64,000 bases of DNA, from the NCBI GenBank assembly GCA_900545885.1, contig URAF01000002.1, positions 25,866-89,865 of the forward strand, given 5' to 3'. The notes under the pieces are model-generated. The model made no database searches, was not told the origin of the DNA, and worked only from the letters and a program-made list of their open reading frames with translations. The position numbers and the translations under genes were made by a program. Below, piece by piece: positions 34,912 through 44,402 of this stretch; position 1 is the first letter of the stretch; the number at the start of each line of letters is the position of its first letter. The stretch is from an uncultured Eubacteriales bacterium (GTDB lineage Bacteria; Bacillota; Clostridia; Christensenellales; CAG-917).

Positions 34912-35781
34912 ATGCAGAACGTAAACAGAAAAGGTTATCAAAGCGTGAGACCGCTCATTCCGCCGAAATGGTATTCGGCTGTCTGGGCTGTGCTCGTTGT
35001 CTGCTCACTTTTGAGAAACATCGTGTCAATCGTCACCAACGTTCAGTTGGTGGTAAACGACGGCGCGGCGCAGATTTTGCTCACGCTGTTTGTCGAAGTC
35101 ATTTTCAGCGGTGTGCTTCCTGCCGCAATTTGCTATTTCTGCGCATTGATTTTCTATTATATCGTGGCGCGGAGAGTGCGTGCGTTCTGTCGCAGGGACG
35201 ATTTCGTTTATCTCGTAATGGCGTTTACGGCTGCCGCGCGTGTGATTATGGGTATAGTGGAGAGTACCGCGCTCATCAATTCCGCGGTTCTGTCGTATAC
35301 CTCGCTCGCGTTCAATTCGACGATGCTTACGGCGGCGTACTTCATTATGTTCTTTGCCGTAATCAAACCGCGCTATCTCAACGACAAAACCGCTTACGAC
35401 TCTTTCAACGTGTTTGCTTCGGTGTACTTCTTTTTCCAAGGGCTCGGAACGATAATACCTTGCACGGTTTATCTTCTGGTTGCCACGGGTACGTCCGTCG
35501 GTGCGTCTTTTGTCGAAGCGCTGGAAATCTACACTAATACGACGCTGGTCGTGGACAAGCATATGGAAATCGCGTGCATAATCGCGCTGTGTCTGTATTT
35601 CCTGTGGTTGGTGGCTGCCGTTACGCTGTCGCTCATTATGCGGAAAAAAGCCAAAAACTTCGTTCCCGAACAGCCGCAAACCCCGAACGACGGTTCGCCT
35701 TTTGACGGCTCGCCCTTCGAGGAAACCGCAACCAAGCAAGAAAAACCGGTCGACAAGGTGTTCGACGAGTTCGACCTGTAA
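34912..35781 (+). CDS. Hypothetical polytopic membrane protein
   Basis: 289 aa with ~7 hydrophobic helices and a hydrophilic Pro/Glu-rich tail. I recognise no family. Confidence 0.55.
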   Translation: MQNVNRKGYQSVRPLIPPKWYSAVWAVLVVCSLLRNIVSIVTNVQLVVNDGAAQILLTLFVEVIFSGVLPAAICYFCALIFYYIVARRVRAFCRRDDFVYLVMAFTAAARVIMGIVESTALINSAVLSYTSLAFNSTMLTAAYFIMFFAVIKPRYLNDKTAYDSFNVFASVYFFFQGLGTIIPCTVYLLVATGTSVGASFVEALEIYTNTTLVVDKHMEIACIIALCLYFLWLVAAVTLSLIMRKKAKNFVPEQPQTPNDGSPFDGSPFEETATKQEKPVDKVFDEFDL

Positions 35782-35802
35782 TCCACTCAAAGGAGAAATA
35801 CG

Positions 35803-36660
35803 ATGTACGATTTTGTTGAGTATATCAGAACAATGGACCTATACGCGTTGATAGACGCAATAGTCCTCATTGCGGCAGTCGCGTTGCTCGTCGTGCTTTT
35901 CGCGTACAGACGAAACCTTCGCGTGCTCGTGATGTTGCTTTCGGTCGCGTTGCTCGAAGTTCTCGTTCTCGTACTTTCCGAACTCAGCGACCACGAAATT
36001 CTCACGGTTTCGAGGTACATTCTCCATTATGCGATGATAACCTTCATCGTCATTACCGCGGTTGTTTACCAGAGCGACCTCAAAGCCATATTCCAGAAGA
36101 TAGCCAATCCCAAAGGATTGTCGGTGTTCAACGACAACCTTAACAGCGACGACGAACTGCGCGAAACCACGGCGGAAATTCTCAGCGCGTGCCAGAATAT
36201 GGCAAAACAGGACGTAGGCGCGATTATAATCATCGACAGCAACAACAGCATCAACGACACCGTTCTCGACTCGGGCACTATGCTGAACGCAAAACTCAGC
36301 GCGTCTTTGCTTGAAAGCATTTTCAACACCAAAGCGCCTTTGCACGACGGAGCGGTTATCGTCCGCGGCGACAAGGTCGTTGCGGCGGGTTGTTTCTTGC
36401 CGCTCACTCAACGTAACATCAACAAGGAAATGGGCACTCGTCACCGTGCCGCTATCGGTATAACCGAGGACACAGACGTTCTGTCTATCGTCGTAAGCGA
36501 AGAAACTGGCATTATTTCCGTGGTCAAACGCGGCGAAATCAGACGTTATATGACAATGGACAAACTCAAAGACGAAATCGAGGAAGCCTTCGGCATTTCC
36601 GCAAGCGCGATTGCCAGAAGACAAGCCAAAGAAGATAAAAAACATCACGGGAGATTGTAA
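35803..36660 (+). CDS. cdaA: Diadenylate cyclase (membrane-anchored CdaA type)
   Basis: It has 3 N-terminal TM helices followed by a DAC domain: PLHDGAVIVRGDKVVAAGCFLPLT and GTRHRAAIGITEDTDVLSIVVSEETG. Confidence 0.9.
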   Translation: MYDFVEYIRTMDLYALIDAIVLIAAVALLVVLFAYRRNLRVLVMLLSVALLEVLVLVLSELSDHEILTVSRYILHYAMITFIVITAVVYQSDLKAIFQKIANPKGLSVFNDNLNSDDELRETTAEILSACQNMAKQDVGAIIIIDSNNSINDTVLDSGTMLNAKLSASLLESIFNTKAPLHDGAVIVRGDKVVAAGCFLPLTQRNINKEMGTRHRAAIGITEDTDVLSIVVSEETGIISVVKRGEIRRYMTMDKLKDEIEEAFGISASAIARRQAKEDKKHHGRL

Positions 36661-36666
36661 GCACAT

Positions 36667-37887
36667 ATGAAAACCGTCAAGCCTTTTGACATCTTGTTGC
36701 CCGCCGTCGCCGAACCCGAAAAGTTCGCGGTGGTGTCCTGCGACCAGTTCACTTCACAGCCCGACTACTGGCAGAAACTCGCTGACTTCGTGGGCGACGC
36801 GCCCAGCGCACTCAAACTCATTTTCCCCGAAGTCTATCTTGAGGACGGTGACGACGAAAAGCGTATCGAAGACATCAACGCCGCAATGTACGACTATCTC
36901 GAAAATGGCGTGTTCAGAACATTGAAGGACAGTTTCGTACTGGTGCGCCGTCAGACGGCTTACGGATATACGCGTCTCGGACTTATTGCTCCCGTGGACC
37001 TTGAAGACTATTCGTACATTCACCCGACAAACGCCGTTATCCGCGCGACGGAAGGCGTTGTCGCCAACAGAATTCCCCCGCGTCTCAAAATCAGAAAGGA
37101 CGCCCCCATCGAACTGCCGCACATCATGCTGCTCCTCGACGACAGGGACAAAACGGTTATCGAACCTTTCTACAAAAAGCGCGACACCCTCGAAAAACTT
37201 TACGATTTCGACCTCAACATGAACGGCGGACATCTCACGGGTTGGAGAGTGGACGCGGCTGAAGTTATGGCTAAACTCGACGAGTACGCCGAAAAGGTTT
37301 CGACTATGTACGGCGTAAAGACGGATTTCGTGTTTGCGGTAGGCGACGGCAACCATTCGCTTGCAACCGCGCAGGCGCACTGGAACGAAGTCAAAAAGAC
37401 GTTGACGCCCGAAGAGCGCGAAAATCACCCCGCACGTTACGCACTTACGGAAATCGAAAACCTGCATTGCGACGGTATAGTGTTCGAACCCATTCACCGC
37501 TTTGTGTTCGGTGTGGACGACGCTGACTTCGTGCTTTATATGTCCGGCGCGCTCAAAGGCAACAGCAGACTCAATATGTTCACCACGAGCATGAAATATT
37601 CCATTGCAGTCAACGAGAACAGTGCGGAAGCAATCGCCGAAGTTCAGGACGCAATCGACGCGTACGTTGCGTCGCACCCCGAAGCCAAAGTCGACTACAT
37701 TCACGGACTGGAACATCTGCACAGCATAGCGGATACTTCCGACGGCGTGGCAATCGAAATGCCTTGTATCGCAAAAGAAGAACTGTTCGGTTATGTCGTA
37801 AGCCACGGCAACCTCTGCCGCAAAGCGTTTTCCATGGGCGAAGCGGAAGAGAAACGTTACTATTTCGAGGCAAAACGCATCAAATAA
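36667..37887 (+). CDS. Conserved hypothetical protein, probably the DUF1015 (COG4198) family
   Basis: 406 aa. The N-terminal KPF..LLP...EKFAVVSCDQFTS and the central GDGNHS (family: ADGHHR) resemble DUF1015. This assignment is from memory only. Confidence 0.5.
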   Translation: MKTVKPFDILLPAVAEPEKFAVVSCDQFTSQPDYWQKLADFVGDAPSALKLIFPEVYLEDGDDEKRIEDINAAMYDYLENGVFRTLKDSFVLVRRQTAYGYTRLGLIAPVDLEDYSYIHPTNAVIRATEGVVANRIPPRLKIRKDAPIELPHIMLLLDDRDKTVIEPFYKKRDTLEKLYDFDLNMNGGHLTGWRVDAAEVMAKLDEYAEKVSTMYGVKTDFVFAVGDGNHSLATAQAHWNEVKKTLTPEERENHPARYALTEIENLHCDGIVFEPIHRFVFGVDDADFVLYMSGALKGNSRLNMFTTSMKYSIAVNENSAEAIAEVQDAIDAYVASHPEAKVDYIHGLEHLHSIADTSDGVAIEMPCIAKEELFGYVVSHGNLCRKAFSMGEAEEKRYYFEAKRIK

Positions 37888-38037
37888 CCGAGTAAAGCAG
37901 AAAACCGAACTCAATCGACATCAGACGGGATTGTATCGGTTGTCCGTCGGATATCGCGGATACGTTCCGAAAACGATTATCGCACGGACCGGCACACATA
38001 AAAAGAAATACAAATATTTTACAGTAGAGGATACATT

Positions 38038-39348
38038 ATGAAAGTTTGCAAATTCGGCGGCACCTCCATGGCCAACAGCAAAACCATTACGCAGGTTGCC
38101 GACATAGTCAAGGCTGACAAGAAGAGAAAGTACGTTGTTGTTTCCGCTCCCGGCAAGCGCAATTCCGCGGACGTCAAGGTTACGGACGCGCTCTACGCCT
38201 GCTACCGCGAAAAAGCAGAAAAAGGCAACTGCGACGAAACGTTTGCCGTCATCGAAAAAAGATTTCTCGACATCGAAAAAGAGTTGGAAATCAACGTCAA
38301 TATGGCGGCGGAACTTGCCGCAATCAAAGCCCGTATAGAGGACGGCGAAAGCTCGGATTATACGGCGTCGAGAGGGGAGTTCCTGAGCGCAAAAGTGCTT
38401 GCCGCAAAACTCGGTGCGGATTTCATCGACACTGCCGACCTTATCAAATTCAACGACAAAGGCGAACTGTTGCTTGACTTTTCGCTCGACCTTCTGCGCG
38501 CAAAACTTGCCGACAGCGAATTTGCGGTGCTTCCCGGTTTCTACGGAACGACCAACGACGGCAAAATCAAGACGTTCTCCCGCGGCGGTTCCGACATCAC
38601 GGGTGCAATCGTAGCACGTGCGGTTGACGCCGAAGTGTACGAAAACTGGACGGACGTCGACGGCTTCCTGACCGCCGACCCCAGAATAGTCGACAGCCCC
38701 GCAATCATCGACTACCTGAGCTACAAGGAACTGCGCGAACTTGCGTACATGGGTGCGGAAGTGCTTCACCCCGAATCCATTTTCCCCGTACGCAGCGCAG
38801 GTATCCCCATCAACATCAAAAACACGTTCAATCCCGCAGCCAAAGGTACCATGATTGTCGCCGACAACAAACTTCCCCGTACCAAGAGCAAGGTTATCAC
38901 GGGTATAGCGGGCAAGAAAGGTTTCACTATCATCAACATCGAAAAGGATATGATGAACAGCGAAATCGGCTTCGGCAGAAAGGTTCTGAGCGTTCTCGAA
39001 TACGAAGGCATTTCCTTCGAACATATGCCGTCGGGTATCGATACTTTGTCCCTTGTCATCAGAGACGAATATCTCGCGGGCAAGATGCAGAAACTCGTCG
39101 CAAAACTCCGCGACGCACTCGGTGCGGACAACGTCGAAATTCACAGCGGACTTTCGCTCATCGCGACGGTCGGACACAATATGGCGTCCCGTCACGGTAC
39201 TGCGGCAACCATATTCGACGCACTTGCCGACAACCATATCAACATCAGAATGATTGACCAGGGCTCTTCCGAGCTCAATATAATCGTCGGTGTCGATACC
39301 TTCGATTACGAAAAGGCAATCAGCGCAATTTACCACGCGTTCTGCTGA
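38038..39348 (+). CDS. lysC: Aspartate kinase
   Basis: 436 aa. MKVCKFGGTSM and VVVSAPGK are present, with C-terminal ACT domains (LSLIATVGHNMASRHGTAATIFDALADNHINIRMIDQGSSELNI). Confidence 0.93.
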   Translation: MKVCKFGGTSMANSKTITQVADIVKADKKRKYVVVSAPGKRNSADVKVTDALYACYREKAEKGNCDETFAVIEKRFLDIEKELEINVNMAAELAAIKARIEDGESSDYTASRGEFLSAKVLAAKLGADFIDTADLIKFNDKGELLLDFSLDLLRAKLADSEFAVLPGFYGTTNDGKIKTFSRGGSDITGAIVARAVDAEVYENWTDVDGFLTADPRIVDSPAIIDYLSYKELRELAYMGAEVLHPESIFPVRSAGIPINIKNTFNPAAKGTMIVADNKLPRTKSKVITGIAGKKGFTIINIEKDMMNSEIGFGRKVLSVLEYEGISFEHMPSGIDTLSLVIRDEYLAGKMQKLVAKLRDALGADNVEIHSGLSLIATVGHNMASRHGTAATIFDALADNHINIRMIDQGSSELNIIVGVDTFDYEKAISAIYHAFC

Positions 39349-39372
39349 TAACATTGTTTGACGACTGTTCGG

Positions 39373-39403
39373 CGCCGTTCCTTCGGGAGCGGCGTTTTTA
39401 TTT
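39373..39403 (+). terminator. Rho-independent terminator of lysC
   Basis: CGCCGTTCC (39373-39381) pairs with GGAGCGGCG (39386-39394), including one G-U pair, across loop TTCG, followed by TTTTTATTT. Confidence 0.8.
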
Positions 39404-39447
39404 GAAATGCACAGATTGATAAGTGGGCGGGAGATAATGTGTTGTCG

Positions 39448-39518
39448 ATTTTATGCACTGGGGACGGAGCAATAATGATTAATTTCTGCAAATTTGCTCC
39501 GTCCCCAGTGCATAAAAT
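39448..39518. repeat. Perfect 25-bp inverted repeat with a 21-nt loop in an orphan intergenic segment
   Basis: ATTTTATGCACTGGGGACGGAGCAA (39448-39472) is the exact reverse complement of 39494-39518. No T-tract follows on either strand. Confidence 0.9.
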
Positions 39519-39627
39519 TGCGCGGTGACGCAGGGCTAAACAGATTCAGACAAAAGTTTGGAATACATCAAGTTGTGCCCCAGAGGATTGTTTAATGGCG
39601 GGTAATGGGCAGGGGTGAGTGCATGAA

Positions 39628-39673
39628 GGAGTATAAAAAATATGAAAAAGCCACCGACTTGCGCGGTGGCTTT
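39628..39673 (-). terminator. Rho-independent terminator of the acyl-CoA synthetase gene
   Basis: AAAGCCACCG (39647-39656) pairs with CGGTGGCTTT (39664-39673). On the minus strand it is followed by CTTTTTCATATTTTTT. Confidence 0.75.
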
Positions 39674-39696
39674 TATTGTGGATATGTATTCTTGGA

Positions 39697-41346
39697 TTAT
39701 TTGTGGTCTTTTTCGCGGATTTCCACGCGGCGAATTTTGCCCGATATGGTTTTGGGCATTTCATCGACAAATTCGATGATACGGGGATATTTGTAAGGCG
39801 CGGTTGCCTGTTTGACGTGATTTTGCAGTTCTTTTTTCAGCTCTTCGCTGGGGGTGTATCCTTTTGCAAGAACTATCGTCGCTTTGACAACGACGCCGCG
39901 GACGGGGTCGGGGGCGCCAGTTATCGCGCATTCGAGCACGGAGGGGTGTTCCATAAGCGCCGATTCGACTTCGAAAGGTCCGATGCGGTAGCCGCTGGAC
40001 TTGATGATGTCGTCCTTTCTGCCGACAAACCAGTACATTCCGTTTTCGTCGCGTTTGGCAAGGTCGCCCGTGTGATAATATTTGCCGCCACGCGCCGCCT
40101 GTGTGCGTTCAGGTTCGTTTTTGTAGTTGGTGACAAGTCCGTACTGGTGAGGACGCAGACGAACTGCGATTTCGCCTTCGCAACCGTCGGGAACGACGTT
40201 TTCTTCGTCGTCGATGAGGTCGATGTCATAGACGGGGCAGGGCTTTCCGAGCGAACCGCTGACGGGCTCCATAAAGCGGAACGTTGCCAGCATAACGCAG
40301 GATTCCGTCTGTCCGAAACCTTCGTATATCTTCTGACCCGTAGCTTCGTAGAATTGTTTGAATATCTCGGCGTTCAGCGCTTCGCCCGCTGTCGTGCAGT
40401 GCGTAAGGGAAGAAAAGTCGTATTTGGACAGGTCTTCCTTGACGAGGAAGCGGTAAATCGTGGGAGGTGCGCAGAAAGTCGTGATGTGATATTTCTCGAT
40501 GAGAGGAAGCAGGTCGGTAGGGGTAAATCTTCCGTGATAGTCGTAGACGAAAACCGCGGTACCCGCAATCCATTGGCCGTAGATTTTGCCCCAGCTGCAT
40601 TTTGCCCAGCCGGATTCGGCAGACGTGAAGTGCAGACCGTCGTCCACAACCTGTTGCCAGAAATATGCGGTGAAAACGTGTCCCGCAGGATACTCGAAGT
40701 TGTGTTGCACCATTTTGGGCATACCCGTCGTACCCGAAGTAAAGTAGCAGAGCATATCGTCGTTCCAGTCGGGACGGGGAAGCGCGGGAAGCACCGCGTC
40801 ATAGCTCATTATGCACTCGTCGAAGGAACGGAAACCGTCGACCTTGGTCGTAAACACGCATTCTTTCAGCGTTTCGCATTTGTCGAGAGCGTGCGAAACG
40901 TGTTCGATGACGTCTTCTTCCGCAGTTGCGACAAGCAGTTTGACGCCCGCGGAGTTGCAACGGTAATAAATGTCTTTGGGCGTAAGCATGTGGGTTGCGG
41001 GAATGAGCACTGCGCCGAGTTTGCAGCAAGCCACAACCATAACCCAGTATTCCCAGCGACGGTTGAGCATCGTCATGACGTAATCGCCTTTTTTGATGCC
41101 GCTTGCAAGCAGGAAGTTGACCGTGCGGTTGCTGAGTTCGCTGATATCGCGGAAAGTGAAAATCTTTTCTTCTCCAACGGAATTGCACCATACTAGCGCG
41201 CGCTTTTCGGGGACAAGACGTGCGTATTCGTCAACGACGTCGTAGCCGAAATTGAAGTTTTCGGGAACGGACAGAACGACGTTGTTTTTGAAGTCGTCGT
41301 AGTCGTTGAAATCGGTGCGGTTGAGGAACTTGTTGAGTAGATTCAT
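39697..41346 (-). CDS. AMP-forming acyl-CoA synthetase (medium-chain/ACSM-like adenylate-forming enzyme)
   Basis: 549 aa. YFTSGTTGMPKMV (AMP-binding motif), YHTGDLA, GRKDDIIKSSGYRIGPFEVE and a C-terminal ISGKIRR. Confidence 0.85.
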   Translation of the reverse strand: MNLLNKFLNRTDFNDYDDFKNNVVLSVPENFNFGYDVVDEYARLVPEKRALVWCNSVGEEKIFTFRDISELSNRTVNFLLASGIKKGDYVMTMLNRRWEYWVMVVACCKLGAVLIPATHMLTPKDIYYRCNSAGVKLLVATAEEDVIEHVSHALDKCETLKECVFTTKVDGFRSFDECIMSYDAVLPALPRPDWNDDMLCYFTSGTTGMPKMVQHNFEYPAGHVFTAYFWQQVVDDGLHFTSAESGWAKCSWGKIYGQWIAGTAVFVYDYHGRFTPTDLLPLIEKYHITTFCAPPTIYRFLVKEDLSKYDFSSLTHCTTAGEALNAEIFKQFYEATGQKIYEGFGQTESCVMLATFRFMEPVSGSLGKPCPVYDIDLIDDEENVVPDGCEGEIAVRLRPHQYGLVTNYKNEPERTQAARGGKYYHTGDLAKRDENGMYWFVGRKDDIIKSSGYRIGPFEVESALMEHPSVLECAITGAPDPVRGVVVKATIVLAKGYTPSEELKKELQNHVKQATAPYKYPRIIEFVDEMPKTISGKIRRVEIREKDHK

Positions 41347-41422
41347 ACTTACCTTCCGTATAAAATAATTGAAAATATGATATCACACTATACCGCGTTT
41401 GTGTAGCGTTTTGAAAAAATAA

Positions 41423-41451
41423 TTGATTAATCTTCCGCAATATGGTAAAAT
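41423..41451 (+). promoter_or_regulatory. Promoter of the wHTH-wHTH-uvrB-uvrA transcription unit
   Basis: TTGATT (41423-41428), a 17-nt spacer, then TAAAAT (41446-41451) with an extended -10 (TGgTAAAAT). Confidence 0.6.
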
Positions 41452-41475
41452 TTATTGACTGTCAGGAGGATTGTT

Positions 41476-41916
41476 ATGTTGGATTCCGACAAGAAAGCAG
41501 TGATGTCCGTACTGCGTGAACTCACGGGTCAGGACGACACTTACAAAGTTATCGAAGCGGACGAAATTCTAGAACGTTTGCCCGCGGAAATCGACCTCGA
41601 CAAACAGAAACTCAGCGTTATAATCAGGGATTTGAGGGACAGGGAATATCTGAAAGTCAAGTATTTTACGCCCGACGAATATTGCCTTCTCACCTTGAAA
41701 CGCACGGAAGAGCTTGCGCAGATGGTCGCCGAAGTTACGGCGATTGCAACCAAGGACCGCGCCCCCGAACCCGTCGTCGCAGAGTCTTCGGAAAAGCCCG
41801 CGAAAAAGAAAGAACACGGCAAACTTTCCGTTGCGCTGTACGCTTTTCTCGGCGGATTGCTGGGCGGCGGAATTGTCACGATAATATCCGTGATAATACA
41901 AGCATTGGCGTTTTAA
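41476..41916 (+). CDS. Hypothetical tail-anchored protein with an N-terminal winged-helix-like domain
   Basis: ATG 41476 has AGGAGG 6 nt upstream. The track TTG at 41455 would lie at or before the predicted transcription start. The C-terminal helix is LSVALYAFLGGLLGGGIVTIISVIIQALAF. Confidence 0.55.
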   Translation: MLDSDKKAVMSVLRELTGQDDTYKVIEADEILERLPAEIDLDKQKLSVIIRDLRDREYLKVKYFTPDEYCLLTLKRTEELAQMVAEVTAIATKDRAPEPVVAESSEKPAKKKEHGKLSVALYAFLGGLLGGGIVTIISVIIQALAF

Positions 41917-41987
41917 CCGACAAAATAAGCGAATAAACCCGCAAATCGTGCACATAATCAAAATGCGGTTGTGTGCTCTCGGCAGAT

Positions 41988-42386
41988 ATGGCACTCGAAA
42001 AACAACACGTACTCACCAAAAAGGAAAGGGCGGTAATGCGCGCGGTATATCAGTCCGCCGACAAGAAGTCGGGGGTATGTTTGCTGTCGCCGCTTGACCT
42101 TTTCAACGAGTTGTCTCTCGACTACGACTTTGACGAGGACGAACTTGACGGCACGCTCCGCAACCTCGAAATCGACGACTATTTCGACATAACCCGTTCG
42201 GACAGAAAGGGCGAACTCGTGTACTGCATCAATATGCATCAGAAAGGGCTTGCTTTCGCGCGCGTGGAAAAGGCGTTCAAGAGCAATCTCAAATTCAAAA
42301 TTCTTCTCGCCATAATCGGCGGTCTGTGCTCGGGTGCCGCGGCGTGGGGCATCAAAATCATCATTCAGAAACTTACGGAACTATGA
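41988..42386 (+). CDS. Hypothetical tail-anchored winged-helix-like protein (paralog of 41476..41916)
   Basis: The two proteins share a pattern: AVM(S/R)..., (I/L)R(D/N)L...(E/D)Y(L/F) and Y-C-(L/I). The C-terminal helix is [25 protein letters not shown]. The start is uncertain (ATG 41988 or GTG 41973, neither with an SD). The stop overlaps the uvrB ATG (ATGA). Confidence 0.5.
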   Translation: MALEKQHVLTKKERAVMRAVYQSADKKSGVCLLSPLDLFNELSLDYDFDEDELDGTLRNLEIDDYFDITRSDRKGELVYCINMHQKGLAFARVEKAFKSNLKFKILLAIIGGLCSGAAAWGIKIIIQKLTEL

Positions 42387-44341
42387 CGCAATTCAGGCTG
42401 GTCAGCAAATATTCGCCCTGCGGCGACCAACCGGCGGCGATTGAAAAGCTGGCCGCAGGTCTCGAAAACGGTTTTTCGACGGAAGTTCTGCTCGGCGTCA
42501 CGGGCAGCGGCAAAACTTTCACAATGGCAAACGTCATCGAAAAACTGCAACGTCCCGCGCTTGTCATTGCCCACAACAAAACGCTTGCCGCACAGCTTTG
42601 CAACGAATTCCGCGAATTTTTCCCGCACAACAGAGTTGAATTTTTCGTCAGCTATTACGACTATTATCAGCCCGAGGCGTACATTCCGCGCTCGGATACC
42701 TACATTGAAAAAGAGCTCGAAATCAACGACGAAATAGACAAACTTCGTCACTCAGCCACAGCGTCGCTGTGCGAAAGACGGGACGTTATCGTCGTGTCCA
42801 GCGTATCCTGCATTTACGGACTGGGCGCGCCCGTCGATTACTATGCGCAGGCGGTCTCAATCCGCGAAGGCGACGATATCGAGCAGGATGAACTTATCCG
42901 CCGTCTTGTGGACATTCAGTACAAACGCGCCGACTTCGATTTTGTGCGTTCCACGTTCAGGGTTCGCGGCGACACTCTCGACATTTTTCCCGCAGGTAAC
43001 TCCGAAATTGCAATCCGCGTGGAATTTTTCGGCGATACCGTCGAGCGGATATGCGAAATCGACAGTCTGACTTCGCAGGTGGTCAACGAACTGAAACACA
43101 CCGTGATTTTCCCCGCCACGCACTACGTTATGAGCGGCGACAGGGAGGAGATATTCCGCCGTATTCTTGCCGACAAACAGGAACGCGTGGACTTTTTCAA
43201 AGCCAACGGCAAACTCATCGAAGCGCAAAGAATAGACGAACGCGTGAACTATGACGTGGAAATGATGCGCGAAATGGGGTATTGTTCGGGCATAGAAAAC
43301 TATTCGCGCTACTTTGACGGGCGCAAACCAGGGCAACCGCCTTATACGCTTCTCGACTTCTTCCCGAAAGATTTTATCGTGTTTATCGACGAAAGTCATA
43401 TGACCATTCCGCAACTGCGCGGAATGTACAACGGCGACCGCGCACGCAAGAAAAATCTCGTAGATTACGGGTTCAGACTTCCCGCGGCTTACGACAACAG
43501 ACCTCTCGATTTCGAGGAGTTCGACAGCCATATAAGACAAATGGTATGCGTGTCGGCAACTCCCGGACCGTTCGAAACGGAGAGAGCGGACGAAGTTGCA
43601 GAACAGCTCATCAGACCGACGGGATTGCTGGACCCCGAAATCACGGTAAAGCCCGTTAAGGGACAGGTTGACGACCTCATCGGAGAAATCCGCAAAGTCA
43701 CGGAAAACAAAGGCAGGGTGCTTGTCACCACGCTCACCAAAAAAATGGCGGAGAACCTCACCGATTATCTCAAAGAAGTCGGCATCAAGGTGCGGTATAT
43801 GCACTCGGATATAGACACTCTCGAACGCATCGACATTGTAGGCGATTTGCGCCGAGGAGAGTTTGACGTGCTGGTCGGCATAAACCTTTTGCGTGAGGGG
43901 TTGGACTTGCCCGAGGTTCAGCTTGTCGCAATCCTCGACGCCGACAAGGAAGGTTTTCTCAGAAGCGAAAGCGCGCTCATTCAGACAATAGGCAGAGCGG
44001 CTCGAAACGACAAAGGGCACGTCATAATGTATGCCGATACGGTGACGGACAGTATGCGTCGGGCAATCGACGAAACCAACCGCAGACGCGCCATTCAGGA
44101 CGCGTACAATCGTGAACACGGTATTATCCCCAAGACGATAGAACGAGAGTTCAAAAACACCCTTGAAATCACCAAAAAGAAGGTTGACCGCGACAAAATG
44201 TCGCCTAAAGACCTCGTTAATGAAATCGAACGTCTTAAAGGACTTATGCAGACGGCGGCTGCCGCACTGGATTTCGAGAGGGCAATCAAGCTGCGTGACG
44301 AGCTTAACGAACTGAAAAAACAGGTAAAGAAATTCAAATAG
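42383..44341 (+). CDS. uvrB: Excinuclease ABC subunit B
   Basis: 652 aa. [34 protein letters not shown] and a C-terminal UVR domain ([13 protein letters not shown]). Confidence 0.97.
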   Translation: MTQFRLVSKYSPCGDQPAAIEKLAAGLENGFSTEVLLGVTGSGKTFTMANVIEKLQRPALVIAHNKTLAAQLCNEFREFFPHNRVEFFVSYYDYYQPEAYIPRSDTYIEKELEINDEIDKLRHSATASLCERRDVIVVSSVSCIYGLGAPVDYYAQAVSIREGDDIEQDELIRRLVDIQYKRADFDFVRSTFRVRGDTLDIFPAGNSEIAIRVEFFGDTVERICEIDSLTSQVVNELKHTVIFPATHYVMSGDREEIFRRILADKQERVDFFKANGKLIEAQRIDERVNYDVEMMREMGYCSGIENYSRYFDGRKPGQPPYTLLDFFPKDFIVFIDESHMTIPQLRGMYNGDRARKKNLVDYGFRLPAAYDNRPLDFEEFDSHIRQMVCVSATPGPFETERADEVAEQLIRPTGLLDPEITVKPVKGQVDDLIGEIRKVTENKGRVLVTTLTKKMAENLTDYLKEVGIKVRYMHSDIDTLERIDIVGDLRRGEFDVLVGINLLREGLDLPEVQLVAILDADKEGFLRSESALIQTIGRAARNDKGHVIMYADTVTDSMRRAIDETNRRRAIQDAYNREHGIIPKTIEREFKNTLEITKKKVDRDKMSPKDLVNEIERLKGLMQTAAAALDFERAIKLRDELNELKKQVKKFK

Positions 44342-44402
44342 TCATTGGGAAACGGTAATATGCGCGTGTATTTTGCAGATACTGTTTCCGTCGGATAAAG
44401 AA

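Noticed and set aside
37888-38037. A lysine (L-box) riboswitch upstream of lysC, and likewise upstream of asd at 8172-8230
   Set aside because: The regions are too short (~150 nt, and a ~30-nt leader) and lack the conserved L-box helices. Only weak 5-bp hairpins are visible. A covariance-model scan would settle the question.
39546-39796. Small ORFs (74 aa minus strand, 63 aa plus strand) in the lysC / acyl-CoA synthetase intergenic region
   Set aside because: Neither has an SD. One overlaps the acyl-CoA synthetase terminator and 3' end. Their compositions look random.
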